Source of the DNA: Actinomycetota bacterium
Lineage (GTDB): Bacteria; Actinomycetota; Acidimicrobiia; IMCC26256; PALSA-610
Length of the DNA stretch: 64,000 nt
Assembly: GCA_005779395.1 (NCBI GenBank)
Contig: SXJP01000028.1
Span: forward strand, 1 to 64,000
Direction of reading: 5' to 3'
Every line of letters starts with the position of its first letter. Positions within the stretch are counted from its first letter, which is position 1. Both the position numbers and the translations under genes were made by a program. The notes under the pieces are model-generated. The model was not told where the DNA came from. It made no database searches and worked only from the letters and a program-made list of their open reading frames with translations. This document shows, piece after piece, positions 7,941 through 15,989 of the stretch.

Positions 7941-9368
7941 GTGGCACTAGCCGACGGATTCGTAGTTTTTGTCAAGCGAGACTGCCCGACATGCGAGGTA
8001 ATTGTCCCGACTCTCCGCGCAATCGCGAAGGAACTCCCCCTCACCGTTTTCACTCAAGATGACCCAGCGTTTCCAGAGGGCCTATCACCAATCAACGACA
8101 CTGACCTCAACAAGTCTTTCGAGTTTGAAGTCGAGACAGTCCCGACACTGTTGAAGGTCGAGGCAGGGGTCGTCACCGAACGTCTTGAAGGTTGGTTACG
8201 GTCAGCCTGGCAAGAAGTAACGGGGTTACCTGATATTGGCGCGGAACTTCCGGAATACAGACCAGGGTGTGGAAGCCTGACTAACGACCATGCAGTTCTC
8301 GATGCGCGCTTGGTCGTTAACTACGCCTCGGAACTCAGTAGCCGCACGGTTTCATTAGGAGCAGATGAAGACGACGTCGAAGCGATATTCGAGCGGGGTT
8401 GGACCGACGGACTCCCTGTCGTACCTCCTACTGTCGAGCGCGTCGCACGCATGCTGGCTGGTACAACGCGCGAACCAGATGAGATAGTCGTGCTCGCGCC
8501 ACCTGACCTCGTCGAATGCACTATCGAAAAGATCGCAATCAACGCTGTGATGGCCGGATGCAAGCCCGAATACCTACCCGTTGTCATCGCCGCCGTGGAA
8601 GCGGCGTGCACCGAATCGTTCAATGCTCACGGACTCCTGTGCACGACTTATTTCAGCGGCCCTCTAGTACTCGTGAATGGCCCGTACTCACGCGTGATTG
8701 GAATGAACAGTGGAGTGAACGCCCTCGGGCAAGGCAACCGAGCGAATGCGACAATCGGGCGCGCGTTGCAGCTAGTGATTCGCAACGTCGGTGGTGGACG
8801 CCCAGGCGAGATCGATAGAGCAACGTTGGGCAACCCTGGTAAGTACACCTTCTGCTTTGCTGAAAGAGAACATGATTCGCCGTGGGAGCCATTCCATGTC
8901 GAGCGCGGGTTCGACGAACGCCAAAGCACGGTAACGCTTTTCGCGGCAAGTGGCGTGCAACCAGCCGTCGACCAGCTAAGCCGAGAACCAGAAGAGCTCG
9001 CACGAAGTCTCGCTGCCTGTTTGCGAACAGTCGGCCACCCCAAAAACGTCTACGTATGGGACGCCATGCTCGTAGTTAGCCCAGAACACGCACGCGTCTT
9101 TGGCGAAGCCAGCTGGAGTAAACAACGGGTCCGCGACGAAATCACGTCAGCGTTGCAGATTTCGGCCGATGAGATCATCAAGGGCGCAGGTGGAATTGCT
9201 GAAGGCGTGCCAGAGCAACTCAGCGGCACATCCATTCCGAAGTTTCGAGAAGGAGGCTTGCAAATCGTTCACGCTGGTGGAGATGCAGGTTTATTCTCGG
9301 CAATCATCGGTGGATGGGCGAGTGGCGCAGTCGGTTCCGAAATCATCACGAAGGAGATCACGCTATGA
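7941..9368 (+). CDS. Fusion protein with an N-terminal thioredoxin-fold domain (CPTC) attached to an unrecognised domain of about 370 aa. Translationally coupled to the downstream selenoprotein gene.
   Basis: GTG start. VVFVKRDCPTCEVIVPTL CxxC motif. No signal peptide. The stop TGA overlaps the ATG of the next gene (ATGA at 9364..9368). Confidence 0.6.
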   Translation: MALADGFVVFVKRDCPTCEVIVPTLRAIAKELPLTVFTQDDPAFPEGLSPINDTDLNKSFEFEVETVPTLLKVEAGVVTERLEGWLRSAWQEVTGLPDIGAELPEYRPGCGSLTNDHAVLDARLVVNYASELSSRTVSLGADEDDVEAIFERGWTDGLPVVPPTVERVARMLAGTTREPDEIVVLAPPDLVECTIEKIAINAVMAGCKPEYLPVVIAAVEAACTESFNAHGLLCTTYFSGPLVLVNGPYSRVIGMNSGVNALGQGNRANATIGRALQLVIRNVGGGRPGEIDRATLGNPGKYTFCFAEREHDSPWEPFHVERGFDERQSTVTLFAASGVQPAVDQLSREPEELARSLAACLRTVGHPKNVYVWDAMLVVSPEHARVFGEASWSKQRVRDEITSALQISADEIIKGAGGIAEGVPEQLSGTSIPKFREGGLQIVHAGGDAGLFSAIIGGWASGAVGSEIITKEITL

Positions 9369-9877
9369 CCACGATCTTGGACCCAACTTCCGAGCGCGTG
9401 CCTGCGACTCGGTCGCTTACACCACGGCCGGCTTCCCTCGACGGCCTTACTGTTGGGTTGCTCGATATCGGTAAGCCACGCGGCGACGTTTTTCTGAACC
9501 GGATCGAAGAGTTGCTCACCGCGAATGGCACCACGGTCTTGCGCTACCGCAAACCGACATTTACAAAACCCGCTCCAATTGACCTTCGGCAAGAAATTGC
9601 ACTGAATTGCGATGTCGTTATCGAGGCATTGGCCGATTGAGGGAGTTGCGCGTCGTGCAGTGTGCACGACACCGTGAATCTCGAAGGCGCAGGCGTGCCA
9701 ACCGTTTTCGTGGCTTCGAGCGCTTTCGTAGCCGCGAGCGCCGCGCAAGCGTCTTCTCTCGGCGCTAATCCAGCTTCGGTTTTTGTTGCTCACCCGATCC
9801 AGGATCGCACGAACGACGAAATTATTGCGCTCGCCGAAGCTGCCTTCGGCGAAATCCTGATTGCGCTAACCGCCTAA
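9364..9877 (+). CDS. Candidate UGSC-type selenoprotein (171 aa). TGA at 9638..9640 is read as selenocysteine in the motif ADUGSCASC (UxxCxxC).
   Basis: ORFs 9314..9640 and 9662..9877 are in the same frame, separated only by TGA. The frame stays open for 79 codons after the TGA. The next codons encode G-S-C-A-S-C. A perfect hairpin lies 11 nt downstream of the TGA. Confidence 0.7.
9652..9670 (+). promoter_or_regulatory. Candidate bacterial SECIS hairpin
   Basis: GTCGTGCA-gtg-TGCACGAC: a perfect 8-bp stem with a GUG loop, starting 11 nt 3-prime of the in-frame UGA. Confidence 0.55.
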
Positions 9878-11016
9878 GACTGCGCTGTACCGCCAAGCTT
9901 GCCGCCTAGTTCTGGACACTCGCCTGCGAACACTCCCCAACTGCAATCCCAACCCGGCGCAACCCACGCGTGGGTCATCCAGATGTGTTTCATCAGTTCA
10001 CCGGATTTCTTGCCGCCACGGGCAATGCATTCTTCTTCGGTTGCATTTTCCCCGGCGACGACAGTGAAGTTTTCGTCGAGGCAAAGGCCGCCGTTGGCGT
10101 TGTGCTGGTGCCAAATGTCGTTAGCGCCAGCAAAACCTTCGGGAACTCCTGATGCATCGAGCACGAGGTAGCTGAGCCCAATGATTCTGCTGGTCGGATC
10201 TGTACCTTCATATAGCAACTCAGATGGTGCCGCAGGGTTAAACCCAGGCACCCGAGAGATGTTCGTGTAGTGAGCGCCAATGCATGGCACAAATACTGTG
10301 CTCTCTTTATATCCGGCTGCGAGCGCATCAGCGACGGTCGGGAACTCGTCGATCACGGTTCGGGCCTGTGCCATCTGAACGATCAAGGTCTCTCGCTCGG
10401 CGTTACTAAGCGGAAATTGCTTCACGAGTCCACGGTGCCCGTGGTCTCCAGCGGCTTGGCCTTCTTGGCCGCCGTCTCCAGAGCCAGCCTGGCCAGGCGA
10501 AGCAGGCGTTGGAGATGAGATCTCACATGGAGAGGTCCCGTCTGCTGTCCCAGGAATTACTTCGCCAGCAGCGATAGCCACGTCGCCGTGGTCCATGTCG
10601 TGGTTTGCTGCTGTGGTCGGTGTCGCGTCGTCGCCCTGATGATCTGCACCCGATGTTGTCGCAGTCGTGTCTTCGGCGTGGTGATCCATCTCTGCAGGCT
10701 TGGAGTACGAACTCGAATCGGCCACCGCGGCTGTCACACCAATCAGTGCGATAACGAACACACCAGCAAGAACTTTCGGGCCAGCGTTTGTGCCGCTTAG
10801 TATGCGTTCACCGAACGCCAGCACTAAGGCGCCAATGCCAACAATGCAAGTCGCCGCAAAAAACAAAACATGGGTCGGAACACCGAAATCGAAGATCGCC
10901 TCGCTCTGCGCTAAGGCGTCGTCATCGACATAGCGGAACCAATCGATGAGCAGTGAGAGAACAAGAGTCGTGGCTCCGACGCCAACGAGTGAGGTTCCGA
11001 GTTTGCGTGCGCTCAT
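9874..11016 (-). CDS. Membrane protein with three N-terminal TM helices, a His/Asp-rich disordered linker and a Cys-containing C-terminal domain. Function unknown.
   Basis: DHHAEDTT, HDMDHGD and DHGHRG His clusters. It is convergent with the selenoprotein gene and the two stop codons overlap. Confidence 0.6.
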   Translation of the reverse strand: MSARKLGTSLVGVGATTLVLSLLIDWFRYVDDDALAQSEAIFDFGVPTHVLFFAATCIVGIGALVLAFGERILSGTNAGPKVLAGVFVIALIGVTAAVADSSSYSKPAEMDHHAEDTTATTSGADHQGDDATPTTAANHDMDHGDVAIAAGEVIPGTADGTSPCEISSPTPASPGQAGSGDGGQEGQAAGDHGHRGLVKQFPLSNAERETLIVQMAQARTVIDEFPTVADALAAGYKESTVFVPCIGAHYTNISRVPGFNPAAPSELLYEGTDPTSRIIGLSYLVLDASGVPEGFAGANDIWHQHNANGGLCLDENFTVVAGENATEEECIARGGKKSGELMKHIWMTHAWVAPGWDCSWGVFAGECPELGGKLGGTAQS

Positions 11017-11098
11017 TACAACTCCAGAGTTGAAATTCTTGGGATCGACGTCAAACAGTAGTGCGGCTTGCCGGAACTATTGGACTAGCCCAAGCTTG

Positions 11099-12244
11099 CT
11101 AGAGAGCGCACGTAGCAGCGCGGTTGGCTATCGCTGCAGTACGTCGCCACTCTCGCAAGACATTCTCATCTAGACCGTTCGTCAGATAACAAAATGAGAT
11201 GCCAGTTTCGGGGTCGGCGAATGCGATCTGGCCACCAGCGCCGCCATGTCCAAATGTCCGCGGCGAACAGGTACGACCGAAGCCCCGCATGGACGCCCAC
11301 TTGTCGCCACCTTGGATAACGAGGCCGAGGCTGCGGTTGGCCGGGATTCCGCGTAGATCAGGAAGACTGTTGCGCACTTCGGAGGTGAACGCCTGTTTGG
11401 TCTCGCTCGTCCATGGTCCAGCATGAAGTAACGCTTGATAGAACCGTACGACTCCGACCGCCGTCGCCACACCACCACCACCTGGGACACCAAGCTGCAA
11501 GACTTCGTCGCGGCTAAAAGACAAGAGCTGCTCTTCGGGGATTACAGAAACGCCGAGATCGCGCACGCCGAGCGCTGCCTCTAACTCATCGGGCGATGCT
11601 GGCTCACCACACAACACGGGCCTGTTGATTTCAGCGAGATGCTCTGGGGGCACGCCGATCTCTACGTCGTCTAGTTGGAGCGGGTCGATGATCTCCTCAC
11701 GTAGAAACTGTCGATAGTCGCGCCCATCGAGAATTTCGATGAGTTCGGCGAGGACCCAATGCGCAGTCGTTGCGTGGTACTCGTACTTGGTCCCTGGTTC
11801 TGCGTTGAGTCGCCATTTCGCGAACGCTTCGAGTCTGCCTTCGCGGCTGTCCCACAGTGGCGGTCCGAGCGGAGCGTAAGCAAAGCCGCTCGTGTGCAAC
11901 ATCACCTGCTCGAGCGTGATCTCAGACTTGCCGTTGGTTGCGAACTCTGGAATCAACGCAGAGATCTTGGTGTCGAGCGTGATCTTGCCATCTTGCAGCA
12001 ACAACCAAAATCCACTCGCAACAAATGCCTTGGTAGCCGAGTACATGACATACCGACTCGATGGTGCAACTTCGCCGATTGTCTCGAAGACACCAACTTC
12101 ATTGTTGCGAGCGATCGCTAGTTGACAGCTCGGCAACAAACCACTGTCGACTTCTTGACGGGCACGGTCGATGAGTGCATCGACTTTGGTTGGGTCTAAG
12201 CCGATTGCTTCGGCGCCGACTATCTCGGCGTACTCACTCTTCAT
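11099..12244 (-). CDS. Beta-lactamase-family serine hydrolase (class C / esterase-like)
   Basis: YSATKAF SxxK motif. ATG at 12244 lies 1 nt after the flotillin stop (TGAcATG). Confidence 0.75.
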   Translation of the reverse strand: MKSEYAEIVGAEAIGLDPTKVDALIDRARQEVDSGLLPSCQLAIARNNEVGVFETIGEVAPSSRYVMYSATKAFVASGFWLLLQDGKITLDTKISALIPEFATNGKSEITLEQVMLHTSGFAYAPLGPPLWDSREGRLEAFAKWRLNAEPGTKYEYHATTAHWVLAELIEILDGRDYRQFLREEIIDPLQLDDVEIGVPPEHLAEINRPVLCGEPASPDELEAALGVRDLGVSVIPEEQLLSFSRDEVLQLGVPGGGGVATAVGVVRFYQALLHAGPWTSETKQAFTSEVRNSLPDLRGIPANRSLGLVIQGGDKWASMRGFGRTCSPRTFGHGGAGGQIAFADPETGISFCYLTNGLDENVLREWRRTAAIANRAATCAL

Positions 12245-12245
12245 G

Positions 12246-14249
12246 TCAGGCTGGTTGCTCCTCAACTGCCACAAGCTCCGGTGAGGGCGACTGCAACAAT
12301 TTAGACAGGCCTTCGCCGTTCGTGAGTGTTCTCATCAAGGTCGCGGCTAGGCCTTCGACAGCCCCGCCTCCACCAGTCACCAAAACCTCCGGCACGATAG
12401 TTATCTTGCCCTCCGCAACTGCGTTTGCGACCGCAACCAATGCTGTCGCTATCTCGCCGATGGCTTCGCGCTGAGCCTTAAAACCTTCGGCACGACCTAG
12501 TCCGAGCGCTTCAACTGCCTTGCCTTCGGCAAGACCAATCGCTTCGATCTTTGCAGCTTCAGCACGACCTGTCAGTTCCACATAGCTCGCCTGGCCACGA
12601 GCCTCTGCTTCACGCGCTAGAGCCTCGTTCTGTTTTATGCCAACGCCGACCTGAGAGGCTGCGAGTTGCGCTTGCATCTCGGCCGTTCCCTTCGCCTTTT
12701 CCATTTCGACACGAGCGACTTGGGCGCGTTCTTCCTCCGCAAAAGTCGCCTTTTCTTGGTTGGCTATCTCCCGTTTGGTGAGAACGTCGACTAGCTCTGG
12801 CGGGAAAACGACATCTTGAATGTAGACACCTTTGGTCTCAACCTCATACAAACCGAGGTACTGCATGATCGCCGTGAGCGCAGCCTGCTGGACTTCCATT
12901 CGAGTTTCGATGAAGCGGACAGCCTCTAGGTCTTGAAGTGTGTTGCGGAAATGGTTTCCTACCGCAGATTGCAACACTTCGTTCACGAGATTCAACATTG
13001 TGCCGACCATCGAAATGACTTTCGGAGCGCGCGTGTCCGGAACGTGAATCTGAACTTGAAGTTCGATTCGAAACACGAAACCCTCGCGGCTCTTACCTTC
13101 GATTGGTTTCAGGTTCGCGTCGAGACAATGAGCCGTTGACACCGTCTCCGACCAGTTCAATGTCAGGATTGATGTCGGCACGATCTCGGCCGCATAACAG
13201 CGCGAGTTGATCGGGTACTTGCCTGTACGCAGTGGTTCCTGCCATATACCGCGGTGCCCGGGACGCACGATCGAACCGAACTTGAACTCGGTGCCTGAAG
13301 TGTCACTCGTTGGTAAGCCGACATACGCCTTGATTACTGCGACCTCGCCTTGGTTGACGACAAGCATCGGGACAAGTTCAACCTGAATCAAGAACGGGTT
13401 CAGCAAATAAGCGCCGTACAAAAGTGGGTCGTGTTGCAGTCCGATCTTGCCTCCGTGGGTAATGAAGCTCTGAAAATCTTGGTAGTTGTTGTGCAGGTTG
13501 TTTTTATTGCCGAGAAGCACGTCGATGATGTCAGCGTCGGTAGCTCCAGCAGCCTCGAGCGGTTCGACATCTGCGTACCCGCCAAGCCGATTCGCAATGT
13601 CTCCAGAAGGCAACGGCTCGCCTTCGAGCGCAGTCACTATGCCGACGATGTCTTGCGGGCCATCTGGTGCTATCACCATTACCCGTAAGTGTTCTGGTGC
13701 GAGGCCGAATGATTCTGGACGCATCACTCCACCAGTAGCCCGAGCGCGTTGTTCAAGCTCCGGTGCCACAGGTACGCCGTAAACCTGCCGTGCGCTAATT
13801 ACTAGAAATGCGACAGGATGAATCGGGATAAGAGTTCCCGGAGGAAGCACAGGTCGTTGGACTCCCTTTTCGCCTCCGCCTTCTATGAAAGGGCGGACAC
13901 TCGAGAAGTTCCCGAACGATGCAACATAGACACCGCTCTTGGCGCCTATCGGCAGTGGTTTTCCGACTTGCGCAACTACGACTCCAATTTCGCCGGCCGG
14001 AATCTGCACCCACGGGTGCTTCTTCACACCGAAGATCGGCCAAAGCTTGAAGCGCACACCGGGCATCAATAGGTCTGCCTGATACCCAGCTTCACCACTA
14101 AAGGCAATCGGGTTGTCGTCTCTTAATTTCTTGAACGAGAAGTGTTTGGTGACGAGACCAATCTGTGTTGGGCCGATGATGTTGATCGACTGCCATGTGG
14201 CGATTACCACTATGACAATGGCCACCGAGGCAAGTATCTGAACGATCAT
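12246..14249 (-). CDS. Flotillin / SPFH (band 7) family protein
   Basis: N-terminal TM helix, SPFH core, and a C-terminal Ala/Glu-rich coiled-coil flotillin tail (AEEERAQVARVEMEKAKGTAEMQAQ...). Confidence 0.8.
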   Translation of the reverse strand: MIVQILASVAIVIVVIATWQSINIIGPTQIGLVTKHFSFKKLRDDNPIAFSGEAGYQADLLMPGVRFKLWPIFGVKKHPWVQIPAGEIGVVVAQVGKPLPIGAKSGVYVASFGNFSSVRPFIEGGGEKGVQRPVLPPGTLIPIHPVAFLVISARQVYGVPVAPELEQRARATGGVMRPESFGLAPEHLRVMVIAPDGPQDIVGIVTALEGEPLPSGDIANRLGGYADVEPLEAAGATDADIIDVLLGNKNNLHNNYQDFQSFITHGGKIGLQHDPLLYGAYLLNPFLIQVELVPMLVVNQGEVAVIKAYVGLPTSDTSGTEFKFGSIVRPGHRGIWQEPLRTGKYPINSRCYAAEIVPTSILTLNWSETVSTAHCLDANLKPIEGKSREGFVFRIELQVQIHVPDTRAPKVISMVGTMLNLVNEVLQSAVGNHFRNTLQDLEAVRFIETRMEVQQAALTAIMQYLGLYEVETKGVYIQDVVFPPELVDVLTKREIANQEKATFAEEERAQVARVEMEKAKGTAEMQAQLAASQVGVGIKQNEALAREAEARGQASYVELTGRAEAAKIEAIGLAEGKAVEALGLGRAEGFKAQREAIGEIATALVAVANAVAEGKITIVPEVLVTGGGGAVEGLAATLMRTLTNGEGLSKLLQSPSPELVAVEEQPA

Positions 14250-14272
14250 GAACGTCTCCTACATATTCGCGA

Positions 14273-15460
14273 TTACCGAGGTAACGAAATAGTTCTTCTC
14301 CACCATGCATGAAAATGGGCTACGCCAGCTTCTGGACCAATGCCACTTGTCTGGACTAGGTATCCGGCGTTGCCGAGATCGAACGCTCGCGCCGTAGCGA
14401 TACCGCGCGCACGGGTTTCTACAAGTTCAATGTCTTGCACGGCGGTCTCGGCGTAAGCAGCGATCATTGCCGCGGTGAGTCCGGGCGCATGTTCTTCTGT
14501 TCCTTCACGTACAAAGAAATGTGCTCGGTTGATAAATGAGTTCGGACCCGTTGGTATCACGACTGAGATCACGCGCAAGCCGGCGTAGAGTTCGATCATC
14601 ACATTCGGGTAAATCGCGATCCAAGCCACAGCAAGTTCGTCGAGTTCTACGCCGCGACCAGCAGCATCCTTCGCGATCCCGTCAGCCCACTTGGCGTATT
14701 GCGCCGATGAGCTGTCGACATGTGCGAAGTCCAGAAACTGTGCATGGAAATGTTCACCGAACTCCCACTCGAGCGTGGCGCAGTCGGCGAAAGCGCTAAG
14801 ACCATCGTGAAATGGCGGCACGTGGTAACAGTCGCCGAAGACTTCTAAGAAGATCTTCCAGTCAGCGTCGTAGTGGTCGTCTTCACTCGAGTGCAAGACC
14901 CAGTCAGAACCGATGTTCGCATCGATTCCGCGACGTTTGAGTGCCGAGTCGAGTGCCGCCAAGTCGGCATCGAACTCTGCGACGCGGTCGACATCGGCGA
15001 CGAAAATCATGCCGCACCACTCGATGGTTTCGAACTCTCGCAAGTCGAGTGCTCGGCGTTCGGCAACGCCTGCTTCGTCATCAGCGAACTCACATCCTGG
15101 TCCACCAACAAACGATCCGTCGCGCCTGAAAGACCACTGGTGGTAAGGACACGTGATTACGGTCCGTTCGTTCACTATGTCGTCGTCTACTAAAGGTCGT
15201 AGCGCATGCGAGCAGAGGTTGGCGAGTGCTCGTACCTTGCCGTTTTCGCGTGTGATCAACAGGCGTGGATCACCATCTGAGCGGCGCGACCCACTCCCTG
15301 CCCAAAGTCGATCGTGGTCGAGATATGAAAACCCTGTCCCTGGATGAAAAAGCTGTGACCGTTCGCGATCGAAAACTTTCGGGTTCGCGTATTCATCAAT
15401 TTGCAAAGCGGACACGGCCGGGTGTGCCACGCGAGGATCCCTATTTGTACCGTCGATCAC
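14273..15460 (-). CDS. Rieske [2Fe-2S] aromatic ring-hydroxylating oxygenase alpha subunit
   Basis: CSHALRPL...CPYHQW Rieske CxH-x17-CxxH motif plus a C-terminal catalytic domain. Confidence 0.8.
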   Translation of the reverse strand: MIDGTNRDPRVAHPAVSALQIDEYANPKVFDRERSQLFHPGTGFSYLDHDRLWAGSGSRRSDGDPRLLITRENGKVRALANLCSHALRPLVDDDIVNERTVITCPYHQWSFRRDGSFVGGPGCEFADDEAGVAERRALDLREFETIEWCGMIFVADVDRVAEFDADLAALDSALKRRGIDANIGSDWVLHSSEDDHYDADWKIFLEVFGDCYHVPPFHDGLSAFADCATLEWEFGEHFHAQFLDFAHVDSSSAQYAKWADGIAKDAAGRGVELDELAVAWIAIYPNVMIELYAGLRVISVVIPTGPNSFINRAHFFVREGTEEHAPGLTAAMIAAYAETAVQDIELVETRARGIATARAFDLGNAGYLVQTSGIGPEAGVAHFHAWWRRTISLPR

Positions 15461-15520
15461 ACACGGAGACTACGTCAGGATATTCCGTCGCTCCTAAGGG
15501 GGAATTATTACTATGTGACG

Positions 15521-15982
15521 ATGTCCACAATTGCCGAACGCCTAATCAGCGCGAGCAACGCTTTCCTAATTGCTGTCCTGTGGTTCGACCTGATGTTTGA
15601 CGTGCAAGTAATCCGCCATCGCAACGCTTCCTTGCTGCCTACCGATGTTCTCGACTCAATCGCTCGGTATTACAAACGGGTCACGACTGATGCATTCCCT
15701 ATGGGCAGGCTCGTCGCCGTAGCGATGCTCACGCTGTTCGTTTCGCTGATCGTACGGGCTGCTTCAGAGGATGCGACGCTTCTTATCGATGTGCTGTCAA
15801 TAGGCGCCACGGTCGTGGCGGTCGGGCTAGCGCTCGCCAGAGTTGTGCGCGACTCTGTTCGGCTCGGCGCGCAGACGGAAACACAAGAGGTCCAGACTCG
15901 TCTCGCCCGTGGAATCTGCCGCGACCACTTCATTTGTCTAGCTGGGATGCTCGTCGTGTTTGTCACCCAACTCGTTCGATGA
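15521..15982 (+). CDS. Hypothetical small membrane protein
   Basis: Three to four hydrophobic helices. The start is ambiguous (GTG 15515 or ATG 15521). It is convergent with the ABC exporter gene. Confidence 0.45.
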   Translation: MSTIAERLISASNAFLIAVLWFDLMFDVQVIRHRNASLLPTDVLDSIARYYKRVTTDAFPMGRLVAVAMLTLFVSLIVRAASEDATLLIDVLSIGATVVAVGLALARVVRDSVRLGAQTETQEVQTRLARGICRDHFICLAGMLVVFVTQLVR

Positions 15983-15989
15983 CGGAGAT

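Noticed and set aside
9314-9363. Upstream ATG at 9314 as the start of the selenoprotein
   Set aside because: That would give a 50-nt overlap with the upstream gene. ATG 9364 forms a canonical ATGA stop-start overlap and yields a sensible N-terminus (MTTILDP).
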